The translations under genes and the position numbers were made by a program. 44,597 nt of DNA. Origin: a virus. Positions 1 through 8,063 of this stretch are shown one piece after another. The DNA is taken from positions 1 through 44,597 of the IMG/VR virus record IMGVR_UViG_3300029996_000048, one strand, 5' to 3'. The first letter of the stretch is position 1. The number at the start of each line of letters is the position of its first letter. A model generated the notes under the pieces. That model was not told the origin of the DNA and searched no databases. It saw only the letters and a program-made list of their open reading frames with translations.

Positions 1-165
1 CGGCGGTCGCTGATGAATGATAAACGGCTGCCCGAATTTGTCGAGAATCGGCATCCCGTCGTCCCCGATGATTGGCTCACCCTTGCAATCTTCAAAGTAT
101 CGGTCAATGACGGCCTGCATTTCTTCAACCGTCGCATATTTTGGAGGATGCCCAATTTTCGCCAT
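1..165 (-). CDS. terS: terminase small subunit, N-terminal part (continues across the circular junction into 44215..44597)
   Basis: Minus-strand ATG at 165 reads MAKIGHPPKYATVEEMQAVIDRYFEDCKGEPIIGDDG. It runs in frame into MPILDKFGQPF..., the ORF at 44215..44574, via the 77-nt overlap. PPKY...EEM...YF is a typical small-terminase N-terminus. Confidence 0.75.
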   Translation of the reverse strand, partial: MAKIGHPPKYATVEEMQAVIDRYFEDCKGEPIIGDDGMPILDKFGQPFIIHQRPP

Positions 166-430
166 GCCGCCACCGCCTTTCTTTTTTATGCTGCAAGCCC
201 CCCGTCCTCGGCCTTATCGCGCAGCATTCTTATCCCCGCTCGGAGAACCGAGCTTCCTATTTCCGACGGTAACACGACATCTTTTATTTCTCACCACGGG
301 CGCGGAAACTTTCTCTTCCCTTTCTGCGCTCTCCTCTGTATAGTTACATACACACAACATAGATACATCCTGCGTATAGCACTCTCTCCCTATCCCCCCT
401 ATAATCCCCCCTTCCCCTCTCTCCCGCAGC

Positions 431-464
431 AAAAAGAAGCAGGGCTTTCGCCCTGCCTCTTCTT
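431..464 (-). terminator. rho-independent terminator ending the early operon
   Basis: Minus-strand RNA forms AAGAGGCAGGGC-GAAA-GCCCTGCTTCTT followed by TTTGC, directly after the stop of 463..939. Confidence 0.7.
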
Positions 465-939
465 ATGCCATTTTGAGCTTCCTTTTGAGCCACGTCCACA
501 GGGTTTTCCATGGGTGGGCTTCTGCATAGTGTGCGCGCTCTCGTGCATTCAAAAGGTCGTCATGCAGATTCTGCGCGCTTTTCCGCCATGCGAAAAGGTC
601 TTTCGTTTGCTGGTCTCTTTCCACCTTCATGGTAGCAATGCACGCATTCGCCCGCCCAAGTGCCGCCTCGGTGGCATCGAGATTGTTTCGCAGGCAGTCC
701 GCGTCTGCTTTCTGCTTTGCGATCACGTTCTCGCGGGTGATGGCCTCGCCGTGCATCTGGGTGAGCTTTTCCGTCAGCGTGCCGATCTCTCCGCGCAGCT
801 TTTCATTTTCCTCGGCCAGTTTTACGCCGGCCTTAAAATGTTCCGCCGCCTCGGCTTCCGCCGCTTCCTGCCTTTCGGCGGCGTCCTCCACCATCTTCGC
901 CATCTGGTCTTTGGTGTACTTCTTGGTGTTGATGCTCAT
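463..939 (-). CDS. hypothetical coiled-coil protein (last early gene)
   Basis: 158-aa ORF with charged, heptad-like sequence. ATGA start/stop overlap with the upstream micro-ORF. Confidence 0.6.
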   Translation of the reverse strand: MSINTKKYTKDQMAKMVEDAAERQEAAEAEAAEHFKAGVKLAEENEKLRGEIGTLTEKLTQMHGEAITRENVIAKQKADADCLRNNLDATEAALGRANACIATMKVERDQQTKDLFAWRKSAQNLHDDLLNARERAHYAEAHPWKTLWTWLKRKLKMA

Positions 940-1100
940 AATTTGGCTCCTTTCATTCGTAGCTGTTCTTCTCGCCCCCGGTCGCTCTCGACCTTAACGA
1001 CCTTGCAGTCACCGTATCGCTCAATATCCATTGCGATGCGCTCCTTGATGCCCTGCGCGTCAGCGGCGGGGACGTTGGCTTTAATCGTGATCGTCAGCAT
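936..1100 (-). CDS. hypothetical small protein (54 aa, below the ORF-track cutoff)
   Basis: Hand translation gives MLTITIKANVPAADAQGIKERIAMDIERYGDCKVVKVESDRGREEQLRMKGAKL. GAAAGG lies upstream, and the stop overlaps the next ATG as ATGA. Confidence 0.45.
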   Translation of the reverse strand: MLTITIKANVPAADAQGIKERIAMDIERYGDCKVVKVESDRGREEQLRMKGAKL

Positions 1101-1323
1101 ATACGTTACCTTTCACGTGCTCTTTCCACCACAGATATTCTTTGCGCTCTCGTCGATATTCAAAAATCAGGCTTTCCGCCTTGCAAATATCGCGGAATCT
1201 GTTACTTGCTGCAATCCATGCAGTCTCAACCAGCCACCATAAAAAGCATAACGCTGCAAGTATCGCTGCAATGCCGCCAATCGCTATAAAGAACATTCCA
1301 ACGCCTTCAACAAAAGATTCCAT
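1081..1323 (-). CDS. small membrane protein
   Basis: 80 aa with hydrophobic segment GMFFIAIGGIAAILAALCFLWWLV. GGAGGGG RBS lies upstream of the ATG at 1323. Confidence 0.6.
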   Translation of the reverse strand: MESFVEGVGMFFIAIGGIAAILAALCFLWWLVETAWIAASNRFRDICKAESLIFEYRRERKEYLWWKEHVKGNVYADDHD

Positions 1324-1326
1324 TCG

Positions 1327-1623
1327 TTACCCCTCCTTCGGCTCGCCGTAGCTGCAAAAATCGTTCTCACCAACATTGCGCCTGTTGCATGGCGAATGTC
1401 TGTTGTGACACGTCAGCGTCCCCGGCTTCCCGTATCGCTGGGTAAGCTCGGACGGCAATGTGCTGTGCTTGCAGTCCTTGCACCGCGTCACGACCATAGC
1501 ATCTACTGTTGGGGCTTTTTCTATCAAGCCAAGTAAGCCGTTCCAACCAGCACAATACGCCGCGGGGAGAACATCTTTGCTGCACCTCCCCACACCCAAT
1601 TCATCAGCGTCAATCAGCCTCAT
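1327..1623 (-). CDS. hypothetical Cys-rich phage protein
   Basis: 98-aa ORF (MRLIDADEL...), tightly packed in the operon. Confidence 0.55.
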   Translation of the reverse strand: MRLIDADELGVGRCSKDVLPAAYCAGWNGLLGLIEKAPTVDAMVVTRCKDCKHSTLPSELTQRYGKPGTLTCHNRHSPCNRRNVGENDFCSYGEPKEG

Positions 1624-1787
1624 CGCTTAGCGCCTCCGTTCTTTTTGCATGGAGAACAAAACAGCTTATCAACCCAAGACACTTTTCCGCTGCCGCCAGT
1701 GGCACATTTTTTCGACTGGCAAGTCCTGTTCTCTTTGTGGAAATAGATGCAGTCCTTACACGGATTTCGCATCGCTGTCACCTCCAT
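1620..1787 (-). CDS. hypothetical Cys-rich small protein
   Basis: AGGAGGG precedes the ATG at 1787 (MEVTAMRNPCKDCIYFHKENRTCQSKKC...). ATGA overlap with the next gene. Start uncertain; the ORF is open to 1883. Confidence 0.4.
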   Translation of the reverse strand: MEVTAMRNPCKDCIYFHKENRTCQSKKCATGGSGKVSWVDKLFCSPCKKNGGAKR

Positions 1788-2062
1788 CCATTGTCCGCCC
1801 TCCTGTTCCATGCTTCGATTGCTTTTTCTTCCAGAGCGTTGTCTGTCGTAGCCCAGTCGGGAAGCTGAGCGCAGCGTGTCCACGTGTCATTTATAACTCG
1901 GCCCCCGACAGCGCCACCTCGCGCGTGGCAGGTGTTGCATCGGACAGAGTAGGTGTGCATTTCTACGCGCATATCAAGACCATTCCACCCAGCGAGACGA
2001 GACTTTCGCTCGACCTTGAGTTTTGTGTTGCCGCAAAAGGGGCACGGTTTCAATTCAGCCAT
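1778..2062 (-). CDS. lar: Lar-family restriction alleviation protein
   Basis: MAELKPCPFCG...VRCNTCHARG...EKAIEAWNRR matches the Lar zinc-ribbon signature as I remember it. Confidence 0.65.
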   Translation of the reverse strand: MAELKPCPFCGNTKLKVERKSRLAGWNGLDMRVEMHTYSVRCNTCHARGGAVGGRVINDTWTRCAQLPDWATTDNALEEKAIEAWNRRADNGWR

Positions 2063-2618
2063 CTTTCATCACCTCCACATAGCACCAGCTCTGCGGCGCG
2101 CGCTTATCGCAATCGCAACATTCTCCGCCCCCCGAAGACGCTTGGCTCGCGTCTGCAAAGCCTTTCCGCCCAAAACTCAACAAGCACTTCGGCGCGTCGT
2201 AGATGCGCAAATCGGTAATGTGCCAGCCGTAGCCCGTTTGCGCGTGCAGATAGTCGTGCATGTCTTTGAGGGTAAGGCAGGACTGTTGAGCTACTTCGCA
2301 CGCCGTCAGCCAGTCTTCACCCTTGACGTAGTAGCTGCCGCCGCGCGCTTTGGTCTCAAGCTCGTAAATACGGTCGCAGGTAAATTCGCCGATAATCTTG
2401 CCCTTGCGGTCTGCCCACTTGCCGCGGTTCCACTTGGCAACATCACCCCCGAGGTCAACTCGAAAAAACTCGTTACAGCCTTGCAGCGTGCAGTAGATGT
2501 AGCATTTGAACGGCGTGTCCAGCTTCGGTCTGGTTTTTCGCACCTCAATAGTCTTTTCGCCGTTGGCGATCTTCTCCACCCACTTGGGGCGGACGCTCAG
2601 CATGACAGCCTTACTCAT
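2055..2618 (-). CDS. ASCH (PUA-like) domain protein
   Basis: N-terminus MSKAVMLSVRPKWVEKIANGEKTIEVRKTRPK is the typical ASCH opening. Confidence 0.6.
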   Translation of the reverse strand: MSKAVMLSVRPKWVEKIANGEKTIEVRKTRPKLDTPFKCYIYCTLQGCNEFFRVDLGGDVAKWNRGKWADRKGKIIGEFTCDRIYELETKARGGSYYVKGEDWLTACEVAQQSCLTLKDMHDYLHAQTGYGWHITDLRIYDAPKCLLSFGRKGFADASQASSGGGECCDCDKRAPQSWCYVEVMKDG

Positions 2619-3114
2619 CCTTCATCGCCTCCAATGCTTTCTCCGCCTCCTCGCGGGTGAGGAATGTCCCGATGTATTTGTGCATCCCCATTTTGCCAAT
2701 AAGCTTTACCGCTTCGGCCACGGTGTTTATTTTGAGCGTTGCAATTACAGGGTTATCGGGATTCCCCGCAAATAGCCGATACACCGTATCTCCCACCTTG
2801 CACGGAAGCACCACCACGCGTCCATCCTTGTCGGCCTCGTCCAGCTCACGCAGACGGTCATCCAGCAGCCAGTTTTTCACATACTCCCAACTGCAATTAT
2901 AATCAATTCCAACATCCATCAGGATATTAGACATTCGTTTAGACTCTTCCGGCGTCAGCCCCGTTTCCTCGTAGGCTGCAAGACGCTCCACACACGTCTG
3001 TCTGTACGCGCTTTTTGCCACACGGTCATTGCAATCATTGCCACTGTAACAACCTGCCGGATAATTGTAATCCGCTGCGCCGCTTGCGAGATATTTTGTC
3101 AATCTCTCCATCAC
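2611..3114 (-). CDS. hypothetical phage protein
   Basis: 167-aa ORF with ATGA coupling to the upstream gene. Confidence 0.55.
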   Translation of the reverse strand: MMERLTKYLASGAADYNYPAGCYSGNDCNDRVAKSAYRQTCVERLAAYEETGLTPEESKRMSNILMDVGIDYNCSWEYVKNWLLDDRLRELDEADKDGRVVVLPCKVGDTVYRLFAGNPDNPVIATLKINTVAEAVKLIGKMGMHKYIGTFLTREEAEKALEAMKDE

Positions 3115-3860
3115 TCCAACTCCTGCATCTTACTAATTACTTTTCGGATCACATCGCCGCTGTAAGCGTCTTTCGTCAACTCCAAAAACTCCGTCAGCGT
3201 CATCATGCCATGCTCGAGGTCAACCCCGTGATCGCGGGCAAACTGCTTTCGCCCCATGTCACACGAACCGGTCAAGCGGTGATGCCAGTCGTAAAAGTAC
3301 TGCGTCGGATACGTTCTTCCATCGTCTGTCTCGCGCAGGAACATCGCAATGCGTTCATCTTCCGGCATATCCTCAAACAGCTTATCTCGAAGAGACTCCA
3401 TTGCTTCTCGCAGCGTTTCGCCGTGTGCAAAAACATTTCCCTGCTTGACTATATAGCACGGTGTGATCGTCAAATCATTGTTCACGATTGCTCCATGCGC
3501 GGTGTTGCCGCGCATGGAGCGAATCAGTGTGTTTACGCCGTCAATTCGATAGACCGGTTCTCCATTGAAACTTTTAATGCCGTCGCCGGAGCCGTCGCCG
3601 TCGCCGGAGCCGTCGCCGTAGCCGTAGCCGGAGCCGTCGCCGGAGCCGTAGCCGGAGCCGTCGCCGTAGCCGTAGCCGGAGCCGTCGCCGTAGCCGTAGC
3701 CGGAGCCGTCGCCGTAGCCGGAGCCGTAGCCGGAGCCGGAGTCGTAGCCGGAGCCGGAGCCGGAGCCGTCGCCGGAGCCGTCGCCGTCGCCGTAGCCGGA
3801 GCCGGAGTCGTAGCCGTCGCTCACAGTCAGAAAGGCTTTGATCTTCTCATCAAGCGTCAT
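3111..3860 (-). CDS. hypothetical protein with N-terminal (G/S/D/Y) low-complexity repeat
   Basis: ATG at 3860 overlaps the upstream stop (ATGA). MTLDEKIKAFLTVSDGYDSGSGYGDGDGSG...(about 80 aa of GYG/DGS)...IKSFNGEPVYRIDG..., then a globular C-terminal domain. Confidence 0.65.
   Translation of the reverse strand: MTLDEKIKAFLTVSDGYDSGSGYGDGDGSGDGSGSGSGYDSGSGYGSGYGDGSGYGYGDGSGYGYGDGSGYGSGDGSGYGYGDGSGDGDGSGDGIKSFNGEPVYRIDGVNTLIRSMRGNTAHGAIVNNDLTITPCYIVKQGNVFAHGETLREAMESLRDKLFEDMPEDERIAMFLRETDDGRTYPTQYFYDWHHRLTGSCDMGRKQFARDHGVDLEHGMMTLTEFLELTKDAYSGDVIRKVISKMQELE
3579..3822. repeat. imperfect tandem repeat (6/12-nt units gccgta/gccgga/gccgtc) encoding the GYG/DGS tract
   Basis: Direct reading of gccgtagccgtagccggagccgtcgcc... 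iterated over about 240 nt. Confidence 0.9.
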
Positions 3861-4147
3861 CTCTTCCACTCCTTTACGCCTCGAATCGACGCAGATGCCG
3901 CATCCGTGCACAGGATAATCTGGATTGCCCCCAGCACGGTCATTTCCGGGACCGTCACGGTAAAACGGCAGTTGCCCGGTGCTTTTGTGCCGTCCTGCGC
4001 CAGCTGCTCCACGGCGCACGCGCCGTCCCAGCTCCACAGCTTACGCACATCAGTCATGGTGACTTCGGAGCCGTTTCTCTCCTTGATCTTGCCGAAAAAT
4101 ACGCCTGCGCGGTCGCAGCGAACGATATAGTCCTGATTGTTGTTCAT
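3857..4147 (-). CDS. hypothetical phage protein
   Basis: 96-aa ORF (MNNNQDYIVRCDRAGVFFGKI...) with AGGAGGAA RBS upstream. Confidence 0.6.
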   Translation of the reverse strand: MNNNQDYIVRCDRAGVFFGKIKERNGSEVTMTDVRKLWSWDGACAVEQLAQDGTKAPGNCRFTVTVPEMTVLGAIQIILCTDAASASIRGVKEWKR

Positions 4148-4199
4148 GATGAAATTCCTCCTGATTTTTGTTAAAATTTGAAGCTCTCTCTGAGCCTCC

Positions 4200-4646
4200 C
4201 TAATGTAGCGCTTTCGCGGGTCGGCGAAAAATCACCACCATGCTTGGGAATGGGGCACTGTTCTTTTCTCCGCCGAACTTTAATCTCCCACGCACGAAAT
4301 TGATGGTTGCATATTTGTCGTTGTAGCAGTAATCGTGGAACCAAGCGGTATCCGTCCGCGCCGGAAGCAGCATCACAACCGTTGCGTCTGATTCCTCGGC
4401 GGTTCGATGCGCTTTCTCTACCCACGCCCCAACGCCGCGTCCGTATGGGGGATTGCACCACACAACGCCGTCCCAGTCCTGTTTCAGTCCGTCCATCTCT
4501 GGGGTGAAATAGCGTTCGCATTTTGCGTTTTCTGACGTTGCGCAAGCGTCCAGCGTGAAATGGAACAGTTCATCGAGATCGTCGAAAAATGCTTTCGGTG
4601 TTTCCCACATTTCAGATCTTGATGAAAACATTAAGTCTTTGTTCAT
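4200..4646 (-). CDS. phage-type DNA N6-adenine methyltransferase
   Basis: WCNPPYG catalytic motif, FTLDACA motif and small size are typical of phage Dam-like (PF05869-type) enzymes. Confidence 0.75.
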   Translation of the reverse strand: MNKDLMFSSRSEMWETPKAFFDDLDELFHFTLDACATSENAKCERYFTPEMDGLKQDWDGVVWCNPPYGRGVGAWVEKAHRTAEESDATVVMLLPARTDTAWFHDYCYNDKYATINFVRGRLKFGGEKNSAPFPSMVVIFRRPAKALH

Positions 4647-5344
4647 TCTGCTTCGTCCTCCCTAATGTCTCCGCCCCATTGCTCCGCCATAGCTTTGGCG
4701 ATGCCGGGGAAGGTTTTGCTCCTTGCTTTTGCCGTACGCGGGTCATTCCATCGCATAATCTTACCGGTCTCGTCTTTTGCATAGTTTGCGCTTGCCCCCA
4801 CACTGTATCCGCCTGGCAAAATATCTCCCGCATCTACAATGTTTGTCGGTCGCAAAGCGGGTAAGCCTTTTAGCCATAGGCAAGTCTTTTTTCTTGCGTG
4901 GTGTCCGAATTCATACGGCTGGATAATACAATCAGGCTTACGATAGTGTGTAGACATATATCCGACCGGATTTTCTACCGCGATTTTACAAACGTTGGCA
5001 TTTACAAAGGCCAGGAAAAACATCGCAGCTTCTTCCCGCAACTGCAACCGTCTGACCGCCTTTTCCCCATATCTTTCCGTGTTAAACCAGCGATTCCCGG
5101 TAACAGTCAGGTATGTACACGGCGGGTGCGCGATCAGCAAATCCCATTTGCCTACATCATGTGCCGCCCCATCCATCGTGGTAACGGCGCCACCCTTAAT
5201 GGCCCCCAACGCGTCGCCCAGGATATGCCACTCAGGATGGCCGCCGGACGGCTCCTGAATGTCGCATGAATACGCCTCGTGCCCAAACGCGCGGAACGCT
5301 TTGCATACCTCCTGCGATTCCTCGCAAGCAACTAAAACCTTCAT
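4643..5344 (-). CDS. DNA cytosine-5 methyltransferase-like protein (short phage type)
   Basis: ATG at 5344 (ATGA overlap). MKVLVACEESQEV..., HPPCTYLTVTG (PC motif IV-like), AVENPVG (ENV motif VI-like). Confidence 0.55.
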   Translation of the reverse strand: MKVLVACEESQEVCKAFRAFGHEAYSCDIQEPSGGHPEWHILGDALGAIKGGAVTTMDGAAHDVGKWDLLIAHPPCTYLTVTGNRWFNTERYGEKAVRRLQLREEAAMFFLAFVNANVCKIAVENPVGYMSTHYRKPDCIIQPYEFGHHARKKTCLWLKGLPALRPTNIVDAGDILPGGYSVGASANYAKDETGKIMRWNDPRTAKARSKTFPGIAKAMAEQWGGDIREDEAE

Positions 5345-5586
5345 CGGCGCCCCTCGCATTCCCCGAACAACTCCCGGAACGTCATCCCGGTCAAATCCTC
5401 CAACGCGAGGAACGCCCGCACGGTCACATCCACGTCGCCCTTGACGTACCGGCTCACGTTGGTCGCCGAAATGCCGGTCGACTCGGCAAGCGTGGTTTGG
5501 TTGTAGTCGGTTTTCTCCAACGCCGCTTTGAGGCCCGGATACGGGCAGCGCTCCCATGGCGTCTTGCTCATAACAAATCGGCTCAT
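5341..5586 (-). CDS. XRE-like HTH DNA-binding protein
   Basis: TLAESTGISATNVSRYVKG helix-turn-helix pattern. Confidence 0.55.
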   Translation of the reverse strand: MSRFVMSKTPWERCPYPGLKAALEKTDYNQTTLAESTGISATNVSRYVKGDVDVTVRAFLALEDLTGMTFRELFGECEGRR

Positions 5587-5587
5587 A

Positions 5588-6019
5588 TCATTCCCCTCCT
5601 AACAGTGCCCCGATGGACACGTCCAGCGCTTCGGCAAGATAGAGATACGTTGTGACTATACCGTATCGCTCGCCGCGCTCGATAGACGAAATCGTTCTGT
5701 CTGCGACGCCGGACTTGTCTGCAAGTTCCGTCTGGTTCATCCCACGCATCAACCGCAGGGCTTTCACATGCTCGCCGATGCGCTGCTCGGTCGGGATAGG
5801 CCCCTTCGGCGCTTTATCCTCGCTCAAAAAGTCGATCACACGGAGCCCTACGGCTTCGCAGATACGTTCGCACAGCGGGATAGTCGGCATAATGCGCCCG
5901 CACTCGTAATTGCACAGCTGCCCTTGCTCAATGCCACACATGGCGGCAAACTGCGATTGGCTCATGCCCCTTGCTTTTCTCAGGTTGCGGATCCGCTCCG
6001 CAGTGTCTTTTGCATTCAT
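5588..6019 (-). CDS. tandem-HTH (2x XRE) transcriptional regulator
   Basis: Start MNAKDT with GAGGGAG RBS. Two HTH_3-like repeats: IRNLRKARGMSQSQFAAMCGI... and VKALRLMRGMNQTELADKSGV... Confidence 0.7.
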   Translation of the reverse strand: MNAKDTAERIRNLRKARGMSQSQFAAMCGIEQGQLCNYECGRIMPTIPLCERICEAVGLRVIDFLSEDKAPKGPIPTEQRIGEHVKALRLMRGMNQTELADKSGVADRTISSIERGERYGIVTTYLYLAEALDVSIGALLGGE

Positions 6020-6032
6020 CTTTTTCGCTCCC

Positions 6033-6227
6033 TCATTTCGTTCGTTGATAGCGCCTCGTCTTAAACTGCCGCGCGCCCCAATAGGCACCGCGTTCCTGCG
6101 TTTGGCGAGCTTCTTCTTCCTTCGCCTCGTTGTCCTTGGCGATATCCGCCTGATAGTACGGGCAATCGCCGTGACAGCCTACGTGCCGCGTTGGCGGCTT
6201 GCAGCTATGGCAGTGCTCAAAGCTCAT
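6033..6227 (-). CDS. hypothetical Cys/His-rich small protein
   Basis: 64-aa ORF (MSFEHCHSCKPPTRHVGCHGDCPYY...). Confidence 0.45.
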   Translation of the reverse strand: MSFEHCHSCKPPTRHVGCHGDCPYYQADIAKDNEAKEEEARQTQERGAYWGARQFKTRRYQRTK

Positions 6228-6228
6228 C

Positions 6229-6675
6229 TCACACCTCGCGGATCGTGATGCCGTACTTGTCCTGCATCAGTTTCTTTTTCAGCAGATAGTCCTTCGTTTT
6301 CACGCCCTTCGCGTCCTCGACCTCTTGCAGCCAATACACCGTGCCGTTGCAGTCCGGCTCGGTCGCTCGCTCGTAAACAAAATCCGCGCGGTAGACCATC
6401 GGCTTGATGCGTTTCCCCTCGATGGTCTTGTAGCCCTCCACGAGGGTAAAATTCACTTGCAGCCGCAAATCGCGAATCCTGCCCATCGCACGCAGCACTT
6501 TCAGCTCGGTGAATCGCGCCGCCTCGCGCTCGGAATCAAACTTGATGCCATCGCGCACGACCTTTCGGTTCCCGTATTTGCTTTTCTTCGGCTTTTGCGT
6601 GCCTGCCAGCTTGTCAAGCACCTGCTTCTGCGCCTGCGGCCCGAGCCGTGCAAGGTCAGCTGATGTCAGCGCCAT
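6229..6675 (-). CDS. DUF1064-type (PD-(D/E)XK-like) nuclease, putative junction resolvase
   Basis: KYGNRKVVRDGIKFDSEREAARFTEL...YRADFVY matches the DUF1064 signature. Confidence 0.65.
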   Translation of the reverse strand: MALTSADLARLGPQAQKQVLDKLAGTQKPKKSKYGNRKVVRDGIKFDSEREAARFTELKVLRAMGRIRDLRLQVNFTLVEGYKTIEGKRIKPMVYRADFVYERATEPDCNGTVYWLQEVEDAKGVKTKDYLLKKKLMQDKYGITIREV

Positions 6676-7039
6676 CGTGTGCCTCCTCCTTGCTGTCCGC
6701 GGGGTCGTCCCGCAGGCCAACCGCAATATGCATCACGTTCTTCTCATCGACGCGTCGGTCAATCCTGTATTTCCCAAGCAGCGGGATCACCTTCGGCCTT
6801 TCGAGGTGGAGCGCCTTCATGCGCGGGATCTCTTCTCCCGTGTCGGGGTCCTTCCCTGCCTCGCCGTAGGCAAGCGCGATCTGGATAATCCAAGCGTCGA
6901 ACGCCATGCGCAGCTGGTTCAGCCCCTTCATACCCTCGCGCAGCTTCGCATTCGCTTCCATCAGCTCGCCGACTTTTTTCCGGTATCTTCCGAGCTCGTG
7001 CTCAAGCCGTTTTACCTTGTCTCTGTTTCTTTCGCTCAT
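6656..7039 (-). CDS. hypothetical coiled-coil protein
   Basis: ATG at 7039 in ATGA overlap with the upstream stop (MSERNRDKVKRLEHELGRYRKK...). Confidence 0.5.
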   Translation of the reverse strand: MSERNRDKVKRLEHELGRYRKKVGELMEANAKLREGMKGLNQLRMAFDAWIIQIALAYGEAGKDPDTGEEIPRMKALHLERPKVIPLLGKYRIDRRVDEKNVMHIAVGLRDDPADSKEEAHDGADIS

Positions 7040-7242
7040 CGGTTCTCCGTCCTTTCGTAGTGCAGCGTCAGTGCCCGGGCGATCGGGCAGTGTCGCCATT
7101 CTTCGTTGGCGCAGTAGCGCCGCGTATATTCGTCCAGCTCTTCTTTCGGCAGTTTGACTTGGGCGCCCTCGCAGTTGAGATAGTCGCGGTAGTCCCGCGA
7201 GTAAAACGGGCACTTGAAAATGCCCCCGCGATACCCGCTCAC
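7036..7242 (-). CDS. hypothetical Cys-rich protein
   Basis: 68-aa ORF (FKCPFYSRDYRDYLNCEG...YCANEEWRHCP), ATGA-coupled. Confidence 0.5.
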   Translation of the reverse strand: MSGYRGGIFKCPFYSRDYRDYLNCEGAQVKLPKEELDEYTRRYCANEEWRHCPIARALTLHYERTENR

Positions 7243-8063
7243 GGCGCACCGCCTGCCAACACCGATTTGACGTGCCTCATGCGCTGATTTGCCTTGTCGC
7301 GTCTCATGCTATCGCCCTTGAATACCAGTGGCGTGCACATCTCGAGGATGCGGTCATAGATGCGCTGATAGGCCATGTCTTTCGGCCTGCACAGCTCGTC
7401 AAGCGTCAGGTTTGTGGTGACGATCAGCGGCTTCTTGGCCTTGTATCGCTCGTCAATGACCGTGTAAACCGTCTCCATTGCGTACTCACTGCTGCGCTCT
7501 GCGCCGAGATCATCGATTACCATCAGCGGGTAATAGTGCACCTGCTCGACGATTTCTTTCTTGTCGTATCCCGCGTTGAGGATTCGCGGGAAGCTCGTAA
7601 TCATCGCCGGGATCCCGCGGTCAATCAGCTCGTTGGCGATACACGCCGCCGCGAAGGTCTTCCCGTTGCCGGTGTTGCCCCACAGCAGAAGCCCATTGTT
7701 CTCGCGCCGCATATCGTCCCATGCGTCGGCATAGCGTTTGCATTTGACGATCTCGTCACTCATCGTCGCCTTGTCGAACCGGCACGCCGTCAGGCTCTTG
7801 TCGCGGATTCCGTCAGCACGCAGCGTTTCGATGCGTAGTCGCTTCTCACGGTCAGCGCGAGCTTTTTTCTCGGCCTCGTACTCTCGCGCCGCGCAAGCAC
7901 ACTGGCACCCGACAAGGCGGACATTCCCGCCGATGGGGATGCGGCACTGCTTCGGCGTGTTGCAATGGCCGCAGTACAGCAGCCCGTCTTTCTCGTAATC
8001 GACCAGATCACGAACAGGCTCGGCCTTTTTCGCGATGCTGTCGATCAATGCGTCAACGTTCAT
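7239..8063 (-). CDS. DnaC/IstB-like AAA+ helicase loader with N-terminal zinc ribbon
   Basis: Walker A GNTGNGKT and Walker B VIDDLGAE. N-terminal CGHC...CQC. Sits next to the replication organiser. Confidence 0.8.
   Translation of the reverse strand: MNVDALIDSIAKKAEPVRDLVDYEKDGLLYCGHCNTPKQCRIPIGGNVRLVGCQCACAAREYEAEKKARADREKRLRIETLRADGIRDKSLTACRFDKATMSDEIVKCKRYADAWDDMRRENNGLLLWGNTGNGKTFAAACIANELIDRGIPAMITSFPRILNAGYDKKEIVEQVHYYPLMVIDDLGAERSSEYAMETVYTVIDERYKAKKPLIVTTNLTLDELCRPKDMAYQRIYDRILEMCTPLVFKGDSMRRDKANQRMRHVKSVLAGGAP

Noticed and set aside
13-1242. 409-aa plus-strand ORF at the window start
   Set aside because: It crosses the terS N-terminus, the intergenic pyrimidine tract, a terminator and three minus-strand genes. 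Its composition is not protein-like (Pro/Phe/Leu-rich), and no start context is present.
3015-4130. 371-aa plus-strand ORF with an (AVAG)n repeat
   Set aside because: It is the mirror image of the GYG/DGS tandem repeat on the coding (minus) strand and spans three well-supported minus-strand genes.
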